DNA of 43,199 bases, taken from Macrostomum lignano. Its lineage: Eukaryota. Position numbers and translations under genes: made by a program. The stretch spans positions 1 to 43,199 of the forward strand of contig NIVC01004084.1 of the NCBI GenBank assembly GCA_002269645.1. The letters are read 5' to 3'. The notes under the pieces were generated by a model. The model had not been told where the DNA came from, did not search any database, and was given only the letters and a program-made list of their open reading frames with translations. Within the stretch, counting starts at the first letter, position 1; each line of letters starts with the position of its first letter. Positions 22,801 to 35,000 of the stretch are shown here, one piece after another.

Positions 22801-25800
22801 TTAGATTCAATAAACTCCTTCTTAGATTCAATAAACTCCTTCTTAGATTCAATAAACTCCTTCTTAGATTCAATAAACTCCTTCTTAGATTCAATAAACT
22901 CCTTCTTAGATTCAATAAACTCCTTCTTAGATTCAATAAACTCCTTCTTAGATTCAATAAACTCCCTCTTAGATTCAATAAACTCCCTCTTAGATTCAAT
23001 AAACTCCCTCTTAGATTCAATAAACTCCCTCTTAGATTCAATAAACTCCTTCTTAGATTCAATAAACTCCTTCTTAGATTCAATTAACTCCTTCTTAGAT
23101 TCAATAAACTCCTTAGATTCAATAAACTCCTTCTTAGATTCAATAAACTCCTTCTTAGATTCAATAAACTCCTTCTTAGATTCAATAAACTCCTTCTTAG
23201 ATTCAATAAACTCCTTCTTAGATTCAATAAACTCCTTCTTAGATTCAATAAACTCCTTCTTAGATTCAATAAACTCCTTCTTAGATTCAATAAACTCCTT
23301 CTTAGATTCAATAAACTCCTTCTTAGATTCAATAAACTCCTTCTTAGATTCAATAAACTCCTTCTTAGATTCAATAAACTCCTTCTTAGATTCAATAAAC
23401 TCCTTCTTAGATTCAATAAACTCCTTCTTAGATTCAATAAACTCCCTCTTAGATTCAATAAACTCCTTAAATTCAATAAACTTCTTCTTAGATTCAATAA
23501 ACTCCTTCTTAGATTCAATAAACTCCTTCTTAGATTCAGTAAACTCCCTCTTAGATTCAATAAACTCCTTCTTAGATTCAATAAACTCCCTCTTAGATTC
23601 AATAAACTCCATCTTAGATTCAATAAACTCCTTCTTAGATTCAATAAACTCCTTCTTAGATTCAATAAACTCCCTCTTAGATACAATAAACTCCATCTTA
23701 GATTCAATAAACTCCCTCTTAGATTCAATAAACACCTTAGATTCAATAAACTCCTTCCATATTCAATAAATTCCTTCTTAGATTCAATAAACTCCTTTCA
23801 TATTCAATAAATTCCTTCTTAGATTCAATAAACCCCTCCTTAGAGTCAATAAACTCCTATATTTAAATAACTGAATAACTCCACACACCCTCAACTACCC
23901 CAGCTAATGCTGGAACCCATTTTACAGCTGGGTGAACTGAAGCAATGCAGAGTTAAGTGTGTCTTGCTCTCAAGGTTACAAATTTTTTTCGAGTGGGTCC
24001 AGAATCGAACCCCCGACCTTTCAGTCGGTGAGTCCTACGCTCTAACCACTAGACTGCAACCCCTTTGTACCTTTTAACACATTCCATAAACTCCCCATAG
24101 ATTCCCATTAGATAGATCCCACATTCTCTCCATAAATCGCAGTGCATCCAAGGATCCCGACATCCCCCATCAGCCACCCCATCCTGCACTCACGCCTGTC
24201 GGCGGGCCCGGGCACGATCCTGCTCGCCGGGAAAAACGCCTTCCTTCGCTCCTCGAGCGTCTGCGACGGTATGAGGCGCGCCGGTTCTCGCGGACGACCA
24301 GCCGGACAGGCCTGCCAGAAGGCCTCGTCGCTCTGGTCGACAACCTCCAGGACGTCGCCATGCCGGAAGCGCAGGCCCAGCTCGGGGCTGGGCAGCAGGG
24401 GTCCCGCTCAGGCTGGTAGTCGAAGCAGGCGCGCAGCAGCCGCGGCTCCGGCATCGGCGGCGGCGGAGGCGACAGCGGCGACTCCGGCGGCGTCTCCGAC
24501 TCGATGCGCAGGGTGATCCGGCCGACAGTCTGCCTGAGCAGCCGCTGCAGCGCCTCGGGCGTCTCCATTGGCTGGCCGTTAGCCTCGCGAATGATGTCGC
24601 CGACGTGGAGACCTCCGGCGACGTCGGCCTGACTGCCGGCCAGCACGCGGGCGACGGCGATCGCCTGTCGCGGCGAGGCGGACAGCGACGATGAGGACGC
24701 CGTGCCGTCGTCCCCCGATGCCGCCGCCACCGCCACGGCAGGCTTTGGGGACGTCGGGCAGATGCAGCGGACAGCGGTGAAGCCGAGTGGCTGGTCAGCC
24801 GCCTTCAGCAGGGTGACGTCGCGGGAAAAAAGCTCCGGCGCGGTGCGCTCCGCCGCCGATGCCGCGTGCGCTCCGCCGCCCCCGCCGATGACGCTCCGCC
24901 GAAAAGCGGCAGGCGGCGGCGGCCTCTGAGGCGGCGGCTGCGGCCTGCGCAGCGGAACGGTGGCAGGGTCGTTGGCGGCGTCCGGCGCGTCGCCGACGGC
25001 CGTCGAGATCTCGATTTCCAGAAAATCGTCGAGGTCGATCGAAGTTTCGTCAGCGGGCGGGTGAGCGACGCGCAGCAGGCAGTCCCAGAGCGCCGCCAGG
25101 TGAGGGCTGAGCAGCAGTTGGAGCAGAGCCTCGGAGTCCGGAGAGCCGATGCGACAAACGCCTTCAATTACCGGCGGCATCGGGTCTTGAAGGTCTTCAG
25201 CGGCGCCCGGATTCTCCTGAAACGGACTGGCTGGCGGGCCGTGCCGCCGCAGCCGCTGAATGACGGCCCCGAGGCCGCAGATGGTCGGCAGCGGCGGCCG
25301 GGTGAGGAAGTCGGCCAGGAAGCCGGCCTCCGCTTCGGGCGCTTCGGCTGTCGACGTCAGCAGGCTGAGACAGGCGGTGACGTCATCGCCGAGGCCGAAG
25401 AAGTCGACGTCGAGATCCGCGTCCAGTCCGGTGTCGCCTTCGTCGGAGAGAATCGCCGAATCGTCGGTGCCCGGGGAGATCCCGACGGAGTCGGCAGACG
25501 GGTCGATCATCGTGGTGGCCGTTGTCGACGCTCCGGCGGCACCGTCAACATCGTCGTCTACGTCGCTGCTGCTACCGCTGCTGGCATCGTTTTCGACATT
25601 GACGGATGGCTGGTTGCCGACAATCGGGGAGTTTGAGGACACCACGCTGCTGCTGCCGCTGTCCGATGAGAGCGAGCTCGAGGACGATGACGGTGTCAGG
25701 GAGGAGTTCGGGGAGTCACCACCGGCCCGCTGATCCTCCTGCAACGACAGCAAAGTCCGGGACGGAGGCGGCGGCGGCTTCTGGGAATCCTGCGAGACAG

Positions 25801-25807
25801 ACAGCAT
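19884..25807 (-). CDS. MAGUK p55-family scaffold (MPP2/MPP6, Varicose-like): L27-PDZ-SH3-HOOK-GuK, ~800 aa
   Basis: Exons 25807-24194, 21353-20987, 20304-19884; phases fit if one base is restored in the G-run at 24398-24401. Motifs: LLLSPHLAAL (L27), LHVGDIIREANG (PDZ), RACFDY...LRFRHGDVLEVVD...LIPSQTLEERRKAF (SH3), DFDRAELALYEDVA, and a GuK domain ending RWVPAGW. Confidence 0.88.
20345..20955. repeat. 24-bp minisatellite (CACAGAATCACCGGTGTTAGACAC) with a shorter-unit flank, MPP intron 2
   Basis: Tandem copies seen directly. Confidence 0.95.
21385..23850. repeat. 21-bp satellite (CAATAAACTCCTTCTTAGATT / ...CCCTCT...), ~2.4 kb, MPP intron 1
   Basis: More than 110 copies; two major variants arranged in runs. 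Confidence 0.97.
23900..24063 (-). mobile_element. tRNA-derived SINE with a CORE-like central domain
   Basis: Minus strand: A-box TAGTGGTTAGAGCG, B-box GGTTCGATTC, tRNA-Val(CAC)-like head; then CCTTGAGAGCAAGACACACTTAAC...CAGCTGTAAAATGGG, resembling the MIR/CORE consensus. Confidence 0.8.
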
Positions 25808-26431
25808 GACGTTTCGCAAGTGCAACACCGGAAAAGCTAAAATTCTGACGTTAAAGTGGACCGGTTTCTTAGAAACTTATTTTAACGCATTTTAAACCAT
25901 CTTTAAACACTGATGTGTTTGTCGGTTTAAACAAAGTAGTAATGCCCACTGATGATACATCTACGCTTTTTAAAATGATTGAAAACCAATATAATTATCT
26001 CCTAGATTCCTACAACTACTACCAAAATTATTGAAGTTATGTAAAAAATCTAACAGAAATTCATACGAAAAACAGAGAATCAGTGAAGCAGCAAGGTTTT
26101 ATTTTAAGAGCATAATAGAAAGTGTATAATAATAATCTTAAAAGATCAGAAAATAATCGATATCTTACACGAAATTCATGCAGCAGAGAAATTGTGCGCG
26201 AGAATTTTATCTTCTTGCAAAAATAGCAGGCCAGTAAAACAGAAAACAGATAAACACTGGACGGAAACATAATTCAGAAGATAGGTTTAGCAGATATCTT
26301 TGTTGTTTAATTATTCAGATTAGAGTTTAACAATCGTCAAACGCTTTCCGGCGCGAATTCAAACTTCCGTCTAGCACAATTAAACAAACTAAAAAATATA
26401 ACAAAAGCCATTCGTTCAGTTAAATTTTCAG

Positions 26432-28080
26432 TCACTCGTCAGAGCTGGGCGGCAGCAGGAGGCACATGTTCGCCACGGGGGGTCTCCACTTCGCGTTGGA
26501 GAATTTCGCATTGAATTTATCGTAGGTCAGCTCGTCTAGAGACTTCCCGGTTTTGCTTTTCATCTCCAGGTACATGCCGAGGTTGTCGCGGGGCGGCAGG
26601 TAGATGCGGCTGGAAATGGGTTTAGAATATAGTCTTATCAATGGCTGCAACTGACGCTTTACCTGATACCCTGACACGGAATTTGGCGTCGATACTGACA
26701 CTGAAGTGGGCGCCAATCATGACATTTAATTTAGCGCCAATCCTGACAATTACTTTCTCTAATCCTGACACTAAATTTGACGCCAATCCTGACACTAAAT
26801 TTGGCGCCAATCCTGACACTAAATTTGACGCCAATCCTGACACTAAATTTGGCGCCCTGACACTAAATTTGGCGCCAATCCTGACACTAAATTTGGCGCT
26901 AATTCTGACACTAAATTTGGCGCCAATCCTGACACTAAATTTGGCGCCAATCCTGACACTAAATTTGGCGCTAATTCTGACACTAAATTTGGCGCCAATC
27001 CTGACACTAAATTTGGCGCCAATCCTGACACTAAATTTGGCGCCAATTCTGACACTAAATTTGGCGCCAATCCTGACACAAAATTTGGCGCCAATCCTGA
27101 CACTAAATTTGGCGCTAATTCTGACACTAAATTTGGCGCCAATCCTGACACTAAATTTGGCGCCAATCCTGACACTAAATTTGGCGCCAATTCTGACACT
27201 AAATTTGGCGCCAATCCTGACACAAAATTTGGCGCCAATCCTGACACTAAATTTGGCGCCAATCCTGACACTAAATTTGGCGCCAATCCTGACACTAAAT
27301 TTGGCGCCAATCCTGACACTAAATTTGGCGCCAATCCTGACACTAAATTTGGCGCCAATCCTGACACTAAATTTGGCGCCAATCCTGACACTAAATTTGG
27401 CGCCAATCCTGACACTAAATTTGGCGCCAATCCTGACACTAAATTTGGCGCCAATCCTGACACTAAATTTGGCGCCAATCCTGACACTAAATTAAGCGCC
27501 AATCCTGACACACTAAATTTGGCGCCAATCCTGACACTAAATTAAGCGCCAATCCTGACACACTAAATTTGGCGCCAATCCTGACACTAAATTTGGCGCC
27601 AATCCTGAGAGACTAAATCTGGCGCCAACGCTCTGACTCCTAATTTGGCGCAAATCCTAGGTAGGACGCTTAATTTGGCGCCAATTCTTGACATTTGAAT
27701 TGGCGCAAATTTAGATGCTTCAATGTATTTTGACGCGACAGTTATTATTAAAAGTAAAACATTTTTGTGCCAAAAGTACAAATTCGAAGGCAGAAGAGCA
27801 GAGCCGTGACCCACCGATCCCATCTGGGGCTCTCGATCTTCAGCAGGTCGCGCACAGCTCCGCTCAACGCCTGCACGTGCTGAAACTCGTGCACCCCGAT
27901 TTTAGGCAAATTTGAAGCGTCAACCAGAACCAGACGGCGCCCGTTGATGCCGTTGGTGAGGAAGCAGTCCCGGTACTGGCCGAGTCCGAGGCTGGACACC
28001 CAGTCCGCCACCTGCTCGGCTGACCAGTAGAGGCACTGCGGCACTTCCGGGTTTTGCAGGTCTGCAATTTCGGATTCCAT
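26432..28080 (-). CDS. SAMD15: Sterile alpha motif protein, SAMD15-like (147 aa, 2 exons)
   Basis: Exons 28080-27815 and 26609-26432 (444 bp, phase-consistent). SAM domain WSAEQVADWVSSLGLGQYRDCF...INGRRLVLV, with the C-terminal LPPRDNLGMYLEMKSKTG typical of SAMD15. Confidence 0.82.
26660..27715. repeat. 24-bp minisatellite (CCTGACACTAAATTTGGCGCCAAT) filling the SAMD15 intron
   Basis: More than 30 copies; palindromic core TTGGCGCCAA. Confidence 0.96.
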
Positions 28081-29071
28081 GCGCCCGATAATTGCGACCC
28101 AGAGCTGAAAAAATTGAAATGAAATTTAATTACTAATTCATTCTTATATTTTTATTGTAATTTACACATTTACGTTATTCTGATCTGGTTTGTTTATCTA
28201 ATAGTAATTTTTACTTAATCTTGGCTTTTGATTTGGTAATCAAACTTTTATGTGATTTTCTATAATCCAGATTTATTTTAATGTTTTGAATTGCTTCTGT
28301 AACTTTGATTTTAGTTTATTTGAATTAGACATTTGTTCGTTTTTATTTATGTTTAGCTTATTTTTTTCAACATTTCTTCTTTCATAACTGGTTGATTTAA
28401 TTTGTTTCGTAGTGGGTCGTATTTTGGTTGTCTAAATTCAAATATTTATTAGTTTTTTGAATTCATGTGTATTCATTTGATACTTGATATTTTTCTTATT
28501 TAACTCTGCTTTATTGATCCAATTCTGACTTGTTCATTAAGTCTGGATCGCTTGCTTATCTAATCCTGATTTGTTAATCTACAAGCTAAACGGCAAACGC
28601 TTCTAAGAAACAGCTATTTTTCAAAGAATTAACAAAATAATTTGCTACAAGAATGGCAGAAGTTCAAAGCTAAGGCCGGAATGAATGAAATATCCACTGA
28701 TTTGAAAATCTGTAAAAAAATACAAAAGCAAGCAAAGCATGTGGAAAAATATCGTCTGAAAATATCACGATAAAAGAGATACTTTAAAACACGTGAAGTT
28801 AGACACATGTTTAAAGTAAAAAGGAAAGCTTCTCGACGTGTTTTTTCTTGATTTCAAGGCACAACAACAATTTGTGCTTATATAAAGTACATTATGATGC
28901 ACTGTTGAAAATCAAAATCTAAATTAACAAATTTGTTAATTCGATTGTACATGTAAATCATCTGAGGCAATTTTAAGTTAAATTCATTCATACAGAGGGG
29001 CCAAAATACAGAAAATTGGTTCGGGTGGTCAATTATTTTTATTAATAGTACAGAATGATTTCTCTCTGCAT

Positions 29072-32000
29072 TTAATTGACAGTTTTCTTGAGCATGCTCA
29101 GCTGAGTCTGAATGCTGACGTTGGGAGGCGGGGCGGTGACGCTCTGAGCTGCTGGTCGACTGCTCACATCGAACAAATTCAGCACTGAAGTTCGCTGGAA
29201 ATTGTATGAGAAATTGCAAGCGGAAGTGTAAAGGGGCTGCTGCAAACATTTACATGTACAGTGCAATAACAAATATTCCCATCTACTTGTACATGTAGTT
29301 CATATTTGACTTCATATAGTATTATTTAGATGAGATTCTCGCTTTGCGATCAGATTGTCGATTTGGGATCAGATTGTCGATCTGGGATCAGATTGTCGAT
29401 TTGGATCAGATTGTCGATTTGGGATTAGATTGTCGATTTGGGATCAGATTGTCGATCTGGGATCAGATTGTTGATTTGGGATCAGATAGTCGATCTGGGA
29501 TCAGATTGTCGATTTGGGATTAGATTGTCGATTTGGGATCAGATTGTCGATTTGGGATCAGATTGTCGATTTGGGATCAGATTGTCGATCTGGGATCAGA
29601 TTGTCGATCTGGGATCAGATTGTCGATTTGGGATTAGATTGTCGATTTGGGATCAGATTGTCGATTTAGGATCAGATAGTCGATTTAGGATCAGATTGTC
29701 GATCTGGGATCAGATTGTCAATTTGGGATCAGATTGTCGATTTGGGATCAGATTGTTGATTTGGGATCAGATAGTCGATCTGGGATCAGATTGTCGATTT
29801 GGGATTAGATTGTCGATTTGGGATCAGATTGTCGATTTGGGATCAGATTGTCGATTTGGGATCAGATTGTCGATTTGGGATATCAGATTGTCGATTTGGG
29901 ATCAGATTGTCGATTTGGGATCAGATTGTCGATTTGGGATCAGATTGTCGATTTGGGATCAGATTGTCGATCTGGGATCAGATTGTCGATTTGGGATCAG
30001 ATTGTCGATTTGGGATCAGATTGTCGATTTGGGATCAGATTGTCGATCTGGGATCAGATTGTCGATTTGGATCAGATTGTCGATTTGGGATTAGATTGTC
30101 GATTTGGGATCAGATTGTCGATTTGGGATCAGATTGTCGATTTGGATCAGATTGTCGATTTGGGATCAGATTGTCGATTTGGGATCAGATAGTCGATTTA
30201 GGATCAGATAGTCGATTTAGGATCAGATTGTCGATCTGGGATCAGATTGTCAATTTGGGATCAGATTGTCGATTTGGGATCAGATTGTCGATTTGGGATC
30301 AGATTGTCGATTTGGGATCAGATTGTCGATTTGGGATCAGATTGTCGATTTAGGATCAGATAGTCGATTTAGGATCAGATTGTCGATCTGGGATCAGATT
30401 GTCGATTTGGGATCAGATTGTCGATTTGGGATCAGATTGTCAATTTGGGATCAGATTGTCGATCTGGGATCAGATTGTCGATTTGGGATCAGATAGTCGA
30501 TCTGGGATCAGATTGTCGATTTGGGATTAGATTGTCGATTTGGGATCAGATTTTCGATTTGGGATCAGATAGTCGATCTGGGATCAGATTGTCGATTTGG
30601 GATCAGATTGTCGATTTGGATCAGATTGTCGATTTGGGATCAGATTGTCGATTTGGGATCAGATAGTCGATTTAGGATCAGATAGTCGATTTAGGATCAG
30701 ATTGTCGATTTGGGATCAGATTGTCGATTTGGGATCAGATTGTCGATTTGGGATCAGATTGTCGATTTGGGATTAGATTGTCGATTTGGGATCAGATTGT
30801 CGATTTGGGATCAGATTGTCGATTTGGGATCAGATTGTCGATTTGGGATCAGATTGTCGATTTGGGATCAGATTGTCGATTTGGGATCAGATTGTCGATT
30901 TGGGATCAGATTGTCGATTTGGGATTAGATTGTCGATTTGGGATCAGATTGTCGATTTGGGATCAGATTGTCGATCTGGGATCAGATTGTCGATTTGGGA
31001 TCAGATTGTCGATCTGGGATCAGATTTTCGATTTGGGATTAGATTGTCGATCTGGGATCAGATTGTCGATTTGGGATCAGATTGTCGATCTGGGATCAGA
31101 TTGTCGATTTGGGATCAGATTGTTTGGGATAAGATTCGGAAGGCTTATGGCAGGATTGGAAGCCCTTTATTTCCAGTGAGAAACCTCGGCAGTGCCGCGG
31201 CCCCATCCTCCATCAGACTCACAGCAGGCAGCGGCGGCAGGCTCAGCATAGAGGGCGGCTGAGTGAGCCGAGCACCTTTGATGCCGTGCGGCTGGAAGTA
31301 CAGGTGCGCCCTGGGGTTGTACACCTTGCGCTCGCCCCGCTGCGGCATGAACAGCGCAGGAATGGTGACTTCGTCAGCTGAGCTCAGCTGCCGCCTGTCC
31401 TCTCCAGCCTCCCCGGCCTCTCCTTGCTCATCTTCATCATCATCGTAGCCAGCGGCCAGTCGCGACAGCTCCATCAGCTGAGCCTCAACTTCTCGAGCAA
31501 TCTCGGCTCGAATCTGAGCAACGAGGCGGGCCTTGTGCTCGCGAGTCAGGTGGTTGAGCAGCTCCATGCGCTCGAAGAAATCTTCTGGCAGGTCCTCGCC
31601 CCAGGCTGGCAGCGGCCGGCCCACCATGAAGTTCTTCTTTGGGCGCTGCGGTCGGGGAGGCACGCGGATGCCCGGCTTCTTTGGCGGCTGCTGCTGCTGT
31701 TGCTGCAAGTGCAAATATCGAGTTAGTGAAAATCAACAATAATAATAGTAACCCCTGAGCACATACAAACGTCAGGCATGTCGTCAGGCATGTCGTTAGG
31801 CATGTCGTCAGGCATGTCGTTAGGCATGTCGTCAGGCATGTCGTCAGGCATGTCGTTAGGCATGTCGTCAGGCATGTCGTCAGGCATGTCGTCAGGCATG
31901 TCGTCAGGCATGTCGTCAGGCATGTCGTCAGGCATGTCGTCAGGCATGTCGTCAGGCATGTCGTCAGGCATGTCGTCAGGCATGTCGTCAGGCATGTCGT

Positions 32001-35000
32001 CAGGCATGTCGTCAGGCATGTCGTCAGGCATGTCGTCAGGCATGTCGTCAGGCATGTCGTCAGGCATGTACACTCTCTGTGCCTTGTTTTCATTACATGT
32101 ACATGCACTTCTTGAATAATATAGAAATTTTTTAATCTTCAAGCTCACCGCAGTCTCTTCAGCCGCCTGCTGCTGCTGCGCCAGCTGCGGCGTCGCTCTC
32201 CTCCCAGACGACCGCCGCGAACCCGGCAGGGAGCGCTGGGCGCTGGTCGCTCGCTCCTGCGTGTCCGCGACGGCGGCCTGCTGTTGCGTCGCTGTCGCCG
32301 ACGCCTTGCTGCTGCTCAGCTGAGCCTCGAGCGCTTTCAGCTTTTCCCTGCAAAAATGTGAGATCACCTGACTCTGGAACTAAGATTAAGTGACAAGGGT
32401 TTGATTTCTCGTCACTTGGTGGCTCTTTCACTTGGGGACTTTCAGAATCTCAAATTAACGAGGCCGTGCCGGGGATTCGAACCCACGACCTTTAGAGCGT
32501 GGTTTGTTTTACCCCCTACACTAGGAGTAGTAAAATCCCAACCACTCAATCCAAGTAGTCTGACAAACAAAATAGCCGCTTAATCTTACACGTAATCTCT
32601 CTCAAGTTGAGCAAACTTCTCAGAAAATTCCTCGTTCAACTTGTCGAATTCCTCTCTCGGAACGTTTTCCTGGAAATAGCAAATAATTTAAAACTTTAAT
32701 GAATTTGTTTAAACTCGCGTGCACTGATTTTTAGAATTAACCAACAATTCTAGCTCTAAATGCAGCTAAAATGGTTGCAGTTTTCACTGCTCACTACTGA
32801 TAAGTAGGATAATTAGTCAAGTATGAGTAGTGTTAGTAAGTCTAGCCTATACTGCGATTCCCTCTTATGAAAACCGTCTCACAGGCTGCGGCGTCATCGG
32901 CCTCGGCGACATGCACGCGTCGATCTTCTCCCTGGTGAGCTCCTCCTTGGTGACCTTCGTCAGGTCGATGCCAGTCAGCTCCTCGACCAGCTCGAACACC
33001 GAGGCGGTGTCTGCAGGTGACGCGCAGATGACGATGATGGTGGGTGGCGGTGTTGATGTACAGCACTAACGTGTCTATTCCCAATTTATTTGCTCTGCAT
33101 AAACTTACACCTGATTAGTACAGATTAGTAAAATTATATTTATAATGCAGCAGAGTAAACATTATGCATTTCTAGTTAGTAGTTCCAAGTACCTCGCTAT
33201 TAAAAGGATGTCATGTACTTCAGAGGGGAATTGTAGCTTAATGGGGGGTTGCAGCCTAGTGGTTCAGAGCGTCGGACTCACCGACTGAAAGGTCGGGGGT
33301 TCGATTCTTGACCCACTCGGAACAATTAGTGTCCTTGAGCAAGGCATGATGTACTTCAATGTACTTGCTCGTACTTGAACAATGGAAATTAAATTTGGTC
33401 AAACGGGCGTCAAGCAGGCACCCAAAGTGCACAAAAGCTCCGAATGGCTGGGCAAGTAGCAAAAACAAACGGGAATCTTGGTAAATGGTTAAGTATCAAA
33501 AATTCAAATCGACAGGCTGGTGACAATGAATAACACAGAGTAACAATGGGGTGTGACTTCCACTTCTCTACAGTTGACTTTTTCTTTTAATCAACTTAGA
33601 GTGAAGTGACGGAACGCGGTGAAGGGGTTGCGTTGTGCTCAAAACTGGATGAAATCATAGGAAATTACCATAGACAGTGCCAGTGCCTGTCTAAATGGAG
33701 CTGAAATTAAATCGGGCAGGCAGTTCATGCAATAAATCAGTCCCAATGTCACCTCACAAACTGAATAAGTCAACAGCAAATATGAGAATGATTAAAAAAC
33801 TAGCTCTATCATTATAACTAAGTTGTATAGAAACTTTGGAGCATACCGATGCACGCATTTTGACCTAACTATTTTCTTTAACGAAAATATTGAACTTAAA
33901 AACTTTCATTAAGTTAACACCTGAAATTTTAAAACGCCATAGCAACGTTGTGGTAACGTACACAAAAAGCTTATCCCATAGCAACGCCATATCAACAGTA
34001 TAACCATAATTTTCTGACAGCAAGTCCATAGCAACGCCATAAACAAACCCATAGCAACTCACTATTGTCCCTTTCGGCAACTCGCGGCACAGGCCATCGA
34101 GTCCAGTAGACCAGCATGGGCAGCTGTCCAGCCTCGATGTCGTTGAGCAGCATCGGGTACTCGATCGGCCCGAGCTCCTCCAGCGTCCGTCGACGCCGTT
34201 CCAACTCGTCCTCGTTGCCAGCAGCGCTGTCGTCGGCGCCGACGTCCAGAGTGAGCAGGTCGGCGTCGACCAGCTGTCGGAGGCTGAGGACTACCGAGCC
34301 AACCCGGTCCATCCGTTCGTTCTGCACGTTGATGCGCAGCTGCGGACCGCCGTGCTCCGGTGCCACACCGTCGGGCACCAAGAAGCTCACCTCCTGGAAA
34401 GCGGCCGCCGCCGCCGCCGCTCCGCCGGCGCCTGAACCGTTTTCGTCAGCCGCTGCGCCCTGTCAGAGAAATAAAAAACGACTCTAAAAACATATTAATA
34501 ACGATAGTAAGATAAAAAAACCATAGCAACGACATAAACAACTCCATAGCAACGACATAAACAACTCCATATCAACGTCATAAACAACTCCATAGCAACG
34601 ACATAAACAACTCCATATCAACGTCATAAACAACTCCATAGCAACGACATAAACAACTCCATATCAACGTCATAAACAACTCCATAGCAACTTAGCAAAA
34701 CCACAGCAACGCCATAGCAACAAGGTCAATTTTTTTGCGCGCACCTGACGCCTACGCGGCATCCGACGCTTCTCATCCGCGGCGGGCACCAGGACGTCCT
34801 GCACCTCCAGCTGGTGGCAGGCGGGTCCTTCGTCTTCTCCGTCATCAAACTCGACCTCAACAGACACCTGCTTGGCCTTGACCTGCTTGGCTGGGTACAC
34901 CCGCACGTGCAGGCGCCTGCCAAACTCCGGCTCGTGAGTCCACACCTCGGCATCGGCCGTCTCAACTGGCAGAGCGATCTCGGCTGGCATCTGCGAGTTG

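Noticed and set aside
21298-23769. 823-aa, 794-aa and 552-aa ORFs (DSINSFL / IESKKEF / LNLRRSL repeats)
   Set aside because: Translations of a 21-bp satellite lying inside a phase-consistent MPP intron; open on both strands because the unit lacks stops.
26641-31262. ORFs made of LNLAPILT and WDQIVDLGSDCRFGIRLSI repeats
   Set aside because: Intronic 24-bp and 19-bp arrays; artefactual ORFs.
23990-33320. tRNA genes at ~24000-24063 and ~33246-33320
   Set aside because: A- and B-boxes are present but the T and acceptor stems do not pair, and both continue into a shared SINE body.
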